A stretch of 64,000 nt of DNA from an uncultured Bacteroidales bacterium (GCA_963733455.1 CAVTDE010000003.1:449154-513153), one strand, 5' to 3'. Shown: positions 49,055 to 59,510, counted from the stretch's first letter. Numbers and translations: made by a program. The notes: a model not told the origin generated them from the letters alone.

Positions 49055-52000
49055 TTAGTTCCCGTTCTTTCGTCTTAACAACCACAAATAGGCATCCTCA
49101 AGGTTAGGAACTGCACTTACTGCATTTTCCCAGGGTGAAGACTCAGAAATAACCCTTACCCTCACATGATCGGCTTCCGACATATGGTGAACCACAAGAT
49201 GTGTTTCAACAAAGCTGTTAAAGTCACCTGCAGGTATATTGAACTGCCAGACATGTCCCTCAGCTTCCCTGGTCATATCGATTGGCTTGCCAAGATATCG
49301 CATTTTGCCCTTGTTAAGAACTGCCACCTGGTTACAGGAACTCGAAATGTCTTCAATGATATGGGTTGAAAAAATAACAATCCTTTCACGGCTCAGCTCA
49401 ACCAGGAGGTTTCTGAACCTGATACGTTCCCTTGGATCGAGGCCTGCAGTGGGCTCATCCACAACAAGTATCCGCGGCAGGTGAAGCAGGATCTGGGCAA
49501 TACCCATCCTTTGTTTCATACCTCCGGAATATGATCCAATTTTCTCATTCCGGTGTTCGTCCATATGTACAGCTTCAAGTACATAGGTAACCCTTGCTTC
49601 CCTGACCTCCGAATCCGTAATGTTCTTAAGCATTGCCTGGTAATGCAGGTATTCGTGGGCTGACATATTTTCATATGTGCCGAACTCCTGCGGAAGGTAG
49701 CCGATCAGCCCCTGAAGTTCCTCGCGCTTAAGCTGCGTGTCGAGACCATTGATCCATACCTTGCCATAACTTTGCTCAAGGATGCCGCAGATTATTCTCA
49801 TCAGAGTTGTTTTCCCTGCACCGTTGGGACCCAGAAGTCCGAACATCCCGTTGCCAATATTAATTGAGACACAGCTGAGCGCTTTGAAAGGCTTTTTCTT
49901 CTTGCCGATAAGCGGCACTGCTGCCACTAACTTGTAAATAGTTTTTCTAATTTCTTTGGCTCTTCCCTCAAGCCGGTAGATATCAATGTTTTCCCTTGAC
50001 AATTTCTGGCCGGTCCTGTAGATAAATAAACCGGTGAACCAGATAATTCCAAGTATCAGAACAACAGCAATATTATTCCATCGCATCTGGAACCAGATAA
50101 GGTTCAAAAGCGGGATGAGCCAGAAAACCGAAAAGTCGGCTGCCATTGAAAACCTCTTAAGGATCTTTTTTTTACCTCCTGCTGTCAGATTTGAAAAGTA
50201 TTCATGAAAACACGACCATATTGATGAAAGGAAGAACCAGGTTACAATGCTGAACAGAAATATCCAGAATCCCGTTTTCAGATAGAAGTATGTGAAATAA
50301 ACGAGAAACCCAAACAGCGGAATCTCCCAGAGGATACGCCCAAGATCTTTCCAGGTCCTGAAATGCTGCTGCAAACCGAGTCTCTCCCTGATCTTTGCTC
50401 CGGCTTTCCATTCCCTGACCCACCTGGAGTCGCGTTCATAGATTTTTACGAGACTTTGTATATGGATATTAATTGGTTCATCAGCCGAAATGACAGTCTC
50501 CCGTGCCTTTCGCAGACTGTTCATTACAAACCAGGTTCCGGCCGGTACAAGGATCAGTACAAGTATCGTTGTTATCATCTTCCACAGGAACCTGTCGATA
50601 TAACTGTATATCAGGAAAGTCAGGAATGCAAAAATCATTATCTGGATGATCTTGTTTTTCCAGCTGAGAGAGTTGAACCAGTCGATTGAGTTTTCAAGAC
50701 CTGTATAAAAAGTCGGGATAAAAATCAGGGTAAGTAGTGTGCTGAGAGAAAGGCCGCCGATGACGGTTATCGCAAACGAGGCACCGATTGCCGAAACATA
50801 TTCAGCCTGTCCCATTGCCAGTGGCACCATCGCAATTACAGTGGTTGAGGCAGTTATCAGGATTGGGCGTAAACGTGCCACACCGGCTGTCATCAAGGCT
50901 CTGTGCCTCCGGTTCCCTCTCTTGCGAAGTATATTTGTATAGTCAATAAGAATAATCCCGTTGTTTACAACAATCCCGATAAGTATCAGGAACCCGGTAA
51001 GTGTGTTGGCATTAAGCAAAGAATTGCCTGTCAGTATCAGGGCGATCAATGATCCCAGGGCTGCCAGGGGAATGCTGAACATCAGAACTACAGGAGTTGC
51101 AAGCGATTCAAAAACCGCCGCCAGGATCATATAAATCAGAAGGAAAGCTATGCCAATAAGGTAATAAAAGTCCTTGAGCTGATTTTCTTCCTGAACTACT
51201 TCCACTGCCAGACCGGCAGGGATATTCAGACCTGAAACAATCGTCTGGATCTCCTCGCGGGCTCCTGCAACAAGGTCTTTCGAATTCTTTATCTCATCGG
51301 TGAAATTATAGGTAACTGTAATTCTTTTTTCCTGATTCTCCCGGTGAATGTTTCCCATACCTGAAGAGAAAACTATATCCGAAAGTTCCTCCATTTCCAT
51401 AACCGAACCAGAAGTATTTGTTACTTCAAGTTTCTTCAGATCATCAATGGTCTTATCGGTGTTCTTTTTTATCTCTCCGTTCTCATCAGCATATTTCAGC
51501 ATTATATCATAGGTCTCTGTTCCCTGGCGGAATGTCGCACCCGACGAATACTCACCTCCGAAAGATGAAAGGGCTACAGCCAGGTTCGCCAGATTGAAAT
51601 TGTTCCTTCCGAGGTAATCCATATCGAACATCAGATGGACTTCAGGTTTGTCTTCCTGGACATTTATTCCGGTGTTGGAGATTGCCGATAGTTTTTCAAC
51701 GTACGATTTGATATCCTCTGCGAGATTCTTCATCTGTGCGAAGTTCTCACCCTTTATTATGATGCTTTCTCTTTGAGATCCTATTCCGAGGAGATTCATA
51801 AAATCCGATCCCGGATTATATGTGTCACCTCCGCCGTTTCCTCCTGTAAATCCGCCGCTGGCCGATAATTCATCCATGCTCACCTCAGCTGCTGAAATAT
51901 TTTTTGTCTTTTCAGAGATATCATTTTTTATCTCAGGGAGCGACCGCTTTGTTTTATCATCCCAGTCTTTTGGCAAATTGATTGTAACGGTAGCTCTTTC

Positions 52001-53794
52001 CTCTTCAATATGGCTTATGATATCTTCCTTTTCGGGAAGAGATGCGAGACGTGATTCTATCTCCGAAACAACGGCATCTGTTTTTTCAAGGGTCGATCCT
52101 CCCGGCATGGTTACACTTAACCTGAAATTGGGAGCCTCGACCTCCTGAGTTGAACTTATGCTTAAAGTAAGGCTTATAAGGAGGGCTGCAAAAAAGATAA
52201 CTAGTGTACCGATAATTGTGGCTGCCGGCTTCCTCATACATGCTTTAAGGATGAGGTAATAGCTCTGTATAAGTCTGTCGTGTATCGAGAGTTTCTGAAA
52301 TATAGACGATTCACTGTTTTTGGATCCGGAGAGCAGATAATAAGTCGCCATCGGGATAAACATGACTGCAACAAGAAGTGAGATCAACAGTGTTGAGATT
52401 ATTGAAACGCCTATGTTCTTTCCAATTATTCTTACAAGGAAATTAGTTGAAAAAATAAATGGGAGAAAGACAATAAGGGTCGTAAGGGTCGACGCAAAAA
52501 TAGATCGCCAGACCTCGGTAGTTCCCTGCTTAACCGCTGTACCCGGATCTTTCCCGAGACCGGCGAGCCGGTATATATTCTCCAGAACCACCACCGAATT
52601 ATCGACAAGCATCCCAATTGCAAGGGCCATCCCTACAAGTGTCAGACTGTTAATTGAAATATCAGCGGCATAGAAAAAGTTAAAGGCCGAATAGACCGAG
52701 ATCGGGATCGATAACCCAATTATGGTTACAAGTCTTATATTCCGGAGGAAGAACCAAAGGATCAGAACGGCCAGGAGACCACCGGTAATCGCAAGATTGA
52801 TGATCTGATTTATATTCTTCTCCATTAACTCGGCGCCGTTATTCTGAACGACGATCTCAACTCCCTGTGAAGCAAGTTTTTTGTTCAGCTCATCTACTTG
52901 ATCAACAGCGTCATGCGATAAGTTAATAAGGTTTGCCTGGTTATCATTAACAAGTGTCATTGTTACGGCATCGAGCCCGTTCACCCTGCTGTAGGAGCTT
53001 TGCTCCTTAACGCCGAAAAATATTTCAGAGATGTCCTTAAGCAGGACAGGTCCGGTTTTATCGACTATTATGCTCCCGATATCTTTTACATCCGTATATT
53101 CCGAGGAAACATTAACGAAAAATTCATCCTGACCGTCAACTACTTTCCCGACAAATGTCTTATCCCTTCCATTATTGTTAAGCAGGTTCCTTACCTGACC
53201 CATTGAAATTCCAAAGGCTTTGCAGGCCTTTTCATTAAGGCGTACCTCTATCGAGTTCTCCTGTCCGCCATAAACCTGAACTCCGGCAATGCCGTCTATA
53301 TTCTCAAACTCCGGTTTAATCTCCCTGTCTGCTATATTCCTGATCCTGTCTATGCCTCCTTCACCTCTGATCTGAAGTTCCATGAATTGATTTGTCAGTT
53401 GCTTCAGGTCAATTTTTATCACATTTATGATAAACTCTTCAGGCAGCGTACTTTTTACAATATTGATCTTTTCCTGAAGCTTCAGATTGGCATATTTCAG
53501 ATCAGCGTTCTGATTATAGTAGATTATTATTGTTCCGTATCTTGAAGTGATGTTCGATTCAATCTTTTCAATCCCCTCAAGTGTTCCAATAGCTCCCTCG
53601 ATTGGAATTATTGCCTGTGTTTCAATATATGACGGATCAAGTTCAAGGGGTGCACCCACCTGTACGATCAATGTCGGGAGCTGAGCATTCGGAAAGAGCT
53701 CAACAGAGAGCCGCTTGTACGAGACATAACCAAGCAGGCTAAGTCCCAGAAAGAACATACAAATGAGAACCCTTCTTTTTATAATGGAATTCAT
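49055..53794 (-). CDS. RND (AcrB/HAE-type) permease continuing without a stop into a 6-TM-anchored ABC ATPase (1579 aa as assembled). The alternative model is two genes: RND 53794-50638 and a membrane-anchored ATPase 50638-49055.
   Basis: Residues 1 to about 1040 form a complete 12-TM RND permease with two large periplasmic loops. Then come 2 TM helices, an NBD first strand (INIHIQSLVKIYE), 4 more TM helices, and then Walker A GLLGPNGAGKTT, signature SGGMKQRMGIAQ, Walker B ILVVDEPTAGLD and a DrrA-type C-terminal tail. Dropping one A from the A5 run (plus-strand T5 at 50655-50659) would end the RND at ...SWKTRSSR* with a TAATG stop/start overlap at 50636-50640. Confidence 0.6.
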   Translation of the reverse strand: MNSIIKRRVLICMFFLGLSLLGYVSYKRLSVELFPNAQLPTLIVQVGAPLELDPSYIETQAIIPIEGAIGTLEGIEKIESNITSRYGTIIIYYNQNADLKYANLKLQEKINIVKSTLPEEFIINVIKIDLKQLTNQFMELQIRGEGGIDRIRNIADREIKPEFENIDGIAGVQVYGGQENSIEVRLNEKACKAFGISMGQVRNLLNNNGRDKTFVGKVVDGQDEFFVNVSSEYTDVKDIGSIIVDKTGPVLLKDISEIFFGVKEQSSYSRVNGLDAVTMTLVNDNQANLINLSHDAVDQVDELNKKLASQGVEIVVQNNGAELMEKNINQIINLAITGGLLAVLILWFFLRNIRLVTIIGLSIPISVYSAFNFFYAADISINSLTLVGMALAIGMLVDNSVVVLENIYRLAGLGKDPGTAVKQGTTEVWRSIFASTLTTLIVFLPFIFSTNFLVRIIGKNIGVSIISTLLISLLVAVMFIPMATYYLLSGSKNSESSIFQKLSIHDRLIQSYYLILKACMRKPAATIIGTLVIFFAALLISLTLSISSTQEVEAPNFRLSVTMPGGSTLEKTDAVVSEIESRLASLPEKEDIISHIEEERATVTINLPKDWDDKTKRSLPEIKNDISEKTKNISAAEVSMDELSASGGFTGGNGGGDTYNPGSDFMNLLGIGSQRESIIIKGENFAQMKNLAEDIKSYVEKLSAISNTGINVQEDKPEVHLMFDMDYLGRNNFNLANLAVALSSFGGEYSSGATFRQGTETYDIMLKYADENGEIKKNTDKTIDDLKKLEVTNTSGSVMEMEELSDIVFSSGMGNIHRENQEKRITVTYNFTDEIKNSKDLVAGAREEIQTIVSGLNIPAGLAVEVVQEENQLKDFYYLIGIAFLLIYMILAAVFESLATPVVLMFSIPLAALGSLIALILTGNSLLNANTLTGFLILIGIVVNNGIILIDYTNILRKRGNRRHRALMTAGVARLRPILITASTTVIAMVPLAMGQAEYVSAIGASFAITVIGGLSLSTLLTLIFIPTFYTGLENSIDWFNSLSWKNKIIQIMIFAFLTFLIYSYIDRFLWKMITTILVLILVPAGTWFVMNSLRKARETVISADEPINIHIQSLVKIYERDSRWVREWKAGAKIRERLGLQQHFRTWKDLGRILWEIPLFGFLVYFTYFYLKTGFWIFLFSIVTWFFLSSIWSCFHEYFSNLTAGGKKKILKRFSMAADFSVFWLIPLLNLIWFQMRWNNIAVVLILGIIWFTGLFIYRTGQKLSRENIDIYRLEGRAKEIRKTIYKLVAAVPLIGKKKKPFKALSCVSINIGNGMFGLLGPNGAGKTTLMRIICGILEQSYGKVWINGLDTQLKREELQGLIGYLPQEFGTYENMSAHEYLHYQAMLKNITDSEVREARVTYVLEAVHMDEHRNEKIGSYSGGMKQRMGIAQILLHLPRILVVDEPTAGLDPRERIRFRNLLVELSRERIVIFSTHIIEDISSSCNQVAVLNKGKMRYLGKPIDMTREAEGHVWQFNIPAGDFNSFVETHLVVHHMSEADHVRVRVISESSPWENAVSAVPNLEDAYLWLLRRKNGN

Positions 53795-53803
53795 TACAGT
53801 TTC

Positions 53804-56800
53804 TTATATAAATTTTGAGGGTTGCACTACTGCCGTTTTTCTGCCGGTTATCTTTTCGCTCAAACTGTCAAATACCCAATAGACGCATGGAATTACAATG
53901 AGGGTCAGGAGTGTCGAAGAAATCAGTCCGCCGATAACAGCCAGAGCCATCGGAGATCTTAATGACGCACTTTCTCCGATTCCTATGGTCAATGGGATAA
54001 GTGCAAGAATGGTTGTCAGGCTTGTCATCAGGATCGGCCTTATCCTTTGGCTCCCTGCCATCACAATCGCTTCCTTCTTTCCGACACCTTTTTCGCGAAG
54101 CTGATTGATCCTGTCAATAAGGAGTATGGCATTATTGACGGCAATTCCTCCAAGCATTATGATGCCGATATAGGCCATCATATTAAGGCTTTTTCCAAGT
54201 AAGAAGAATGTAAGGACTGTCCCGACTCCTGCCAGTGGTATTGTAAGCATTATTACGAATGGCTGGATAACCGATTCAAACTGGGCAGCCAGAACCATGA
54301 AAACAAGGACCAGCGAAAGTATAAGGGCAAAAGTAAGATTTGACATCGACTCCTTACGTTTTAACTCATCTCCCGTAAATTCAATTTTATAATCGGCAGG
54401 CATGGCAATCGCCTTAAACGATGACTCCGATTCTTTAACCACCTGGTCGAGTGGCGCAGTTCCATTAACCATAGCGTAAACATAGCCTGTACGCGACTGG
54501 TTCCTTCGTGTTATTTCTCTCGGGCTGACAATTGTTTTTACATTGGCAAGTTCGCTTAACGGAACTTTTACATTACCAGCTGTTATCATAAGATCCTTCA
54601 GCTGGAGAAGGGTAATATCCCCGAGCTTTATCGTAATATCTTTCATCTCGCCGTCTTTTTCAAAGCTTCCGGCTGATGATCCTTCAAGATAGCTTTTGAT
54701 CTGACTGATAACGTTATCAACAGTCACCTTATAATAACTTGTCTTGAATCTGTCAATTGCAACTTCAACCTCGGGTGTGCCTTCATCTATTGAGGTGGTC
54801 AGGTTATACAAACCCGGGTTTTTAAGAAGAATGGCTTTGGTTTCGTTAACTATTTTTTCGAGCTCTTCATATGCCTTACCCGACACCTCAAGGGCAAACG
54901 GGGCGGATGAGGTTCCAAGGGAGGATTGCAGGGCAGTCTCTTCCCGAGTAAAGCTTACCTCCATATCGGGTATTGTTTTGAGGTAGCTTTCTACAAGACT
55001 TATAGCATCCTCGGTTCTGGATGCAAAGTCGTCGGTGAGAATTACCTTCAGTGAAGCTGTATTTTCACCAATGATCCCTGAAGAAGCGTTTGTTGTTGTG
55101 GTTTTATCCTCTCCTGTCTGGGCATAGATCATTTTAATTTTGCCCGGTAGTAATCCCCTGATGATCTCCTCTGTTTTACCGGCAGTGCTGAAGGTCCTTT
55201 TCAGGTCAGTTCCTTCAGGAAGTTTAAGCTTCACTGTAAATTCTGCTGATTCTGACCTGGGCATAAATTCACTCCCAAGTTTTGGGATCAGTAAAGCGGA
55301 AATTGCGAGTAATACTATTGAAAGAACTATTACAAGCCCCCTCTTTTCAACAACTTTTTCAAGGAATTTTTTATACCAGGTAAACCGGATAGTTGTTGAA
55401 ACCGGTTTCCTGTTTTTTTTGTCGGAGAAGAATGTCGAAACAAGCATCGGAATAACTATCATAGCTACAACCAAAGACGAAAGCAGGGCAAAGGCCACAG
55501 TCCAGGCCTGATCCTTAAACATCTCTCCGGATGCTCCGTGGAGGTATACTATTGGAAGGAATACAACAATCGTAGTTACAGTGGATGCTGTAATTGCTCC
55601 CCCGACTTCCCCGGTTCCGGTTATGACAGCGTCTTTCATCGACATTCCTTCTTCATGGTTTCTTGTTATGTTTTCAAGAACCACAATGGCATTGTCTACA
55701 AGCATGCCCGCTCCCAGCGCCAGCCCTCCCAGAGTCATTATATTTAGTGTGAGGTGGTTGAAATACATAAGATTGAAAGTGGCAATTATCGAGATGGGGA
55801 TCGCGACGCTTATTACAAGGGTTGTACCTATTCTTCTTAAAAAAATATAAAGGATAAAGACCGCAAGAAGAATTCCGACGATAAGGGTATTCTGGACCTC
55901 CGTTATTGCATTATGAATATAGTTCCCCTGATCCTGAACTTTTATAAATTCATAACCCGGCAATGCCTTGCCAAGGTCAACGAATGCCTTATCCAGACTC
56001 TTAACCACATCGACAGTATTGAATTTTGGCTCCTTATAGATTGAGAGGCCTACGCAGCGTTCTCCGTTAATGGTAACTATGTTTTCAGGATCCTTGTTTT
56101 CAAATCTTATTGTGGCAACATCCCTGAGGTAAACAGGAACTCTTTCCGATGATGAATTCGAGGTTGCTTCTGCCGTAAGCGATGGCTGCGCTGATGCGGG
56201 CTGCCTGAAACCTATTATAATATTTTCGAGATCGCCAGGATCTTTCAAAACGCTTACTCCTTTTACGACATATTTCAGACCCATATCGACTATTGAGCCT
56301 CCGGAGACGTTTTTGTTGTAATTGCTGATCTGGGCGGCAATGACATCGGAAGAGAGTCCGAATGATTCCAGTACATACTTATTTGTTTCAATAACAACCT
56401 CACTCTCTTCCTTGCCCGTAAGTCTGACATCAGCCACACCCTCAATCCTGACGAGTTCGTTCCTTATGTAGTTCTCGGCAACTTTACGGAGTTCATCCAT
56501 ATTTGTGATTCCCGGATTTTTTAATCCGACGGTCATCACGGGTGCGGCATTCGGATCGTATTGTGAAATAGTAAAACTTTCAAGGTCGGTGTTCTGACTG
56601 AATGAATTAAGCTCTTTCTGAAGATCCAGAAAAGCTTCGTCCATGTCCTTGTTCCAGTCGTATTCAACCGTGATGGTTGCAGATCCGACCCGTGACACTG
56701 ACGACACCTGCGTAACGTCACTCTGCCGCATTGAAAGGGACTCGATCTGGTCGACATAATTCTTTTCAATCTCTTCCGGTGGCCTTTCACCGGCATTCAG

Positions 56801-56947
56801 TTCAATGAAGATCTTGGGATTATTCAGATCGGGAAAAAGGTCCGTTCCAAGCTTGCCGAATGATATAAATCCAAGCAATACTATTCCCAGAACCAACATC
56901 AGGACCGTTACCGGGTATTTGACCGCAAATTGTGCAATTTTATTCAT
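53804..56947 (-). CDS. RND efflux transporter permease subunit (AcrB/MdtB-like)
   Basis: 1047 aa with 12-TM/2-loop RND topology and conserved TM4/TM10 regions (GGLALGAGMLVDNAIVVLENI; GIIMLGGIAVNNAILLIDRI). Confidence 0.93.
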   Translation of the reverse strand: MNKIAQFAVKYPVTVLMLVLGIVLLGFISFGKLGTDLFPDLNNPKIFIELNAGERPPEEIEKNYVDQIESLSMRQSDVTQVSSVSRVGSATITVEYDWNKDMDEAFLDLQKELNSFSQNTDLESFTISQYDPNAAPVMTVGLKNPGITNMDELRKVAENYIRNELVRIEGVADVRLTGKEESEVVIETNKYVLESFGLSSDVIAAQISNYNKNVSGGSIVDMGLKYVVKGVSVLKDPGDLENIIIGFRQPASAQPSLTAEATSNSSSERVPVYLRDVATIRFENKDPENIVTINGERCVGLSIYKEPKFNTVDVVKSLDKAFVDLGKALPGYEFIKVQDQGNYIHNAITEVQNTLIVGILLAVFILYIFLRRIGTTLVISVAIPISIIATFNLMYFNHLTLNIMTLGGLALGAGMLVDNAIVVLENITRNHEEGMSMKDAVITGTGEVGGAITASTVTTIVVFLPIVYLHGASGEMFKDQAWTVAFALLSSLVVAMIVIPMLVSTFFSDKKNRKPVSTTIRFTWYKKFLEKVVEKRGLVIVLSIVLLAISALLIPKLGSEFMPRSESAEFTVKLKLPEGTDLKRTFSTAGKTEEIIRGLLPGKIKMIYAQTGEDKTTTTNASSGIIGENTASLKVILTDDFASRTEDAISLVESYLKTIPDMEVSFTREETALQSSLGTSSAPFALEVSGKAYEELEKIVNETKAILLKNPGLYNLTTSIDEGTPEVEVAIDRFKTSYYKVTVDNVISQIKSYLEGSSAGSFEKDGEMKDITIKLGDITLLQLKDLMITAGNVKVPLSELANVKTIVSPREITRRNQSRTGYVYAMVNGTAPLDQVVKESESSFKAIAMPADYKIEFTGDELKRKESMSNLTFALILSLVLVFMVLAAQFESVIQPFVIMLTIPLAGVGTVLTFFLLGKSLNMMAYIGIIMLGGIAVNNAILLIDRINQLREKGVGKKEAIVMAGSQRIRPILMTSLTTILALIPLTIGIGESASLRSPMALAVIGGLISSTLLTLIVIPCVYWVFDSLSEKITGRKTAVVQPSKFI

Positions 56948-56952
56948 ACCGG

Positions 56953-58005
56953 CTACTTAATGATTTTTACTTTCGACCGGTTGCTGAGGGTTTCAAAACC
57001 TGATGTTACAACGCGTTCATTTTTTGTAAGTCCCCTCAAAATTTCAATGTCTGAAATATTTTCAAGCCCTGTTTCAACAATCCGTTCCGCTGCAACTCCC
57101 CTGTCAATGACAAATACGGTTTTCCCTTTCTGACGTGACAGCACGATATTCTTAGGAATAACTATTACCGAGTCTTTATGGTTGGTTACGATATCAGCTT
57201 TGACAAACATACCGGGTCTTAAAAGATAATCTGAATTCTCAATTGAAATGTTACCCTTAAATGTTCTGGTATCGGGATTAATTGCAGGCGAAAGCTGTGT
57301 TACCCTTCCCACGATGGTGTCACCCGGAATGGTATAGTTTGTAAGGTTTACCGGTTGCCCCGGTTTAATGTCATTTATATATTTTTCAGGAAGCTGGACC
57401 TCCATATACATGATCTGGTAATCCATAATTTTTGAGATTACCGATCCGGTCTCGACCTGAGTTCCCTGGGTATGGTAGGGAAGATCGACTATCACTCCGC
57501 TTATCGGTGCCGATATTCTGGTCTTATCCATCTGAAGCTTAGCGCTTTCAAGATTGGTTTTGGCATTTTCATAGTTCATCCCTGCTGTCTTAAGTTCCTT
57601 AAGTGTTACACCACCTTTTTCATACAACGATTCCTGCTTCCTTAATTCACTTTCGGTAAGCTCAAGATTAAGCTGGGTAGTCTCGAGTTTGACGGAGTTG
57701 ACATATTCCCTGTCCTCAAGCCGGGCAATCAGGTCGCCCGCCTGAATTCTGTCGCCAAGCTGCCAGGTCCGGTTGGTACGTGGATTCTTTTCAAGAAAGT
57801 AGGCAGCCGGTATCTTCGATTTGATTTCAACTTCTCCCTTTGGGAAAGCGGTCCCTGTTGTATTCACAAACTCCTCTATAGATTTTAGTCTTATCTCCTC
57901 CACCGATACCGGGATTTCAACATCGGCAGCAAGGTTCTCATCCCTGTTCCGGCATGCGGTAATCGACATAAGTGCAGCAGCTATTATTAGAAGACTCTTT
58001 TTCAT
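56953..58005 (-). CDS. RND efflux periplasmic adaptor subunit (lipoprotein)
   Basis: Lipoprotein signal MKKSLLIIAAALMSITAC at ATG 58005 (the track uses the GTG at 58029). It has coiled-coil hairpin and barrel-sandwich segments typical of the MFP family. Confidence 0.9.
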   Translation of the reverse strand: MKKSLLIIAAALMSITACRNRDENLAADVEIPVSVEEIRLKSIEEFVNTTGTAFPKGEVEIKSKIPAAYFLEKNPRTNRTWQLGDRIQAGDLIARLEDREYVNSVKLETTQLNLELTESELRKQESLYEKGGVTLKELKTAGMNYENAKTNLESAKLQMDKTRISAPISGVIVDLPYHTQGTQVETGSVISKIMDYQIMYMEVQLPEKYINDIKPGQPVNLTNYTIPGDTIVGRVTQLSPAINPDTRTFKGNISIENSDYLLRPGMFVKADIVTNHKDSVIVIPKNIVLSRQKGKTVFVIDRGVAAERIVETGLENISDIEILRGLTKNERVVTSGFETLSNRSKVKIIK

Positions 58006-58025
58006 TTTATCTGTTATTATGATTA

Positions 58026-59510
58026 TCACTGATTTTCCAATTTCATTACCGGAGTTACCGGTTCTTTTTTCTCAAAATCGTAAAGTGTCTGAATTTTAAG
58101 ATTTAATAGTTCAAGTTTATAGGAGATCAAAGCATTGGTATATGCAAGTTGCTTCTCCGACAGCTGATTCTGATAGATGTTAAGATCCATACCGGTAAGA
58201 TCTCCATTCTTATATTTTTCAAGATTCAGATCGTAGGTAAGCTGAGCGTTGGTAACCGATTGCCTTGCTATTCCGATCTGATTCTGAAGATTTAACAGAT
58301 TCCGATAGACCTTTCTGACATCAAGGATAATATTATTCTGTTCCTCGTCAAGGCTTATTTTTTCTGTCTCGATCGAAGCTTCTGTTGCCTTAACCCTTGA
58401 TTTCTTTTCACCCCAGTCCCATAGCGGGATTGTAAATGATAATGAAATGTCCTCATTATTAGTAGGATTTGCATAGACATCGCTTAGTTTCTCATTATCC
58501 CCAAAGAGCCCTATTGACAATCCGAGACTTCCCTTGAATTCATTCAGAGCTTTTGTCTGAATAAGGTCAAATTGAGAGTTCTCTATCGAAATTGATCTTT
58601 GTCTCAGCTCCATCCTGTTCGACAGACCCTGATCGATTGCAAAAGCAATATCAACCTGAATGGTATCAACAGCTATATTTGGCAAAACCAGAAGATCTTC
58701 ATAAAGACTCATCCCAATAAGGAGTTTGAAATCGTCCTTTGCATTTTCGAGAAGCACCTGTTTGTTTTCATAATCCGATTTTGTTGTGGCAAGATTCAGT
58801 TCTGCCTGGAACATCTCCTCACGTGCAGTGATTCCTGCTTCAACTTTATTTTTGGAGACCTCGTAGCTTTTCTGCATGTTCTGATATGCCTGGTTTGAGA
58901 TCTCCAGACTCTGTTGTTGCTGGTAGACATAATAAAAAGCCTGTGTTACTCCTTTTTCAAGTGCCAGGAGTTGTATTGCGTATCCAAGCTGTGAGTTCTC
59001 GAGCGCCAGCTGAAGCTCCTTAAGCTGAAGTTTTGTCCTGTTGTAAGTAAAAAGCGGCTGATCGAGATTCAGGGAAAGGCTATTGCTGAATCCTTTGGTT
59101 GTCAGATTGGTAAACTCACTGAATGAGTCCTTGTACCCAAACCGGTTTACCAGCGATACACGTGCATCAGTCAGGACAATAGGTTGTGAAACCGTAAACA
59201 GGCCGTAACTCTCAGTTGTCTTTGTTGTGTTCCATTGTGAAATCAGATCGTTGAATGCCCTGATCTGACTGTACCCTATCGGATTGACAGAAAGTGAGAA
59301 ATTGGATTTTAATGCAGCATTCTGCGCATTAAGGTTCTCCTGGCTCCTGATCAGCCCCAGTCTGGTTTTTTTAATTGTCGGACTGTTCGATTCGGCAATG
59401 TTCAGCGCCTGTTCGAGGGTCAGGCCTTGTTGGGAAAATAGAACCAGCGGAAGTATAAAAAACAACAGGATTAAAGTTCCGGCCTTAATGTTAAGTTTTG
59501 TTATATTCAT
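58026..59510 (-). CDS. TolC-family outer membrane efflux protein
   Basis: 494 aa with a signal peptide and the duplicated alpha-helical/beta-barrel TolC repeat pattern (LTLEQALNIAESNSP..., ...ARQSVTNAQLTYDLNLEKYKNG). Confidence 0.9.
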   Translation of the reverse strand: MNITKLNIKAGTLILLFFILPLVLFSQQGLTLEQALNIAESNSPTIKKTRLGLIRSQENLNAQNAALKSNFSLSVNPIGYSQIRAFNDLISQWNTTKTTESYGLFTVSQPIVLTDARVSLVNRFGYKDSFSEFTNLTTKGFSNSLSLNLDQPLFTYNRTKLQLKELQLALENSQLGYAIQLLALEKGVTQAFYYVYQQQQSLEISNQAYQNMQKSYEVSKNKVEAGITAREEMFQAELNLATTKSDYENKQVLLENAKDDFKLLIGMSLYEDLLVLPNIAVDTIQVDIAFAIDQGLSNRMELRQRSISIENSQFDLIQTKALNEFKGSLGLSIGLFGDNEKLSDVYANPTNNEDISLSFTIPLWDWGEKKSRVKATEASIETEKISLDEEQNNIILDVRKVYRNLLNLQNQIGIARQSVTNAQLTYDLNLEKYKNGDLTGMDLNIYQNQLSEKQLAYTNALISYKLELLNLKIQTLYDFEKKEPVTPVMKLENQ

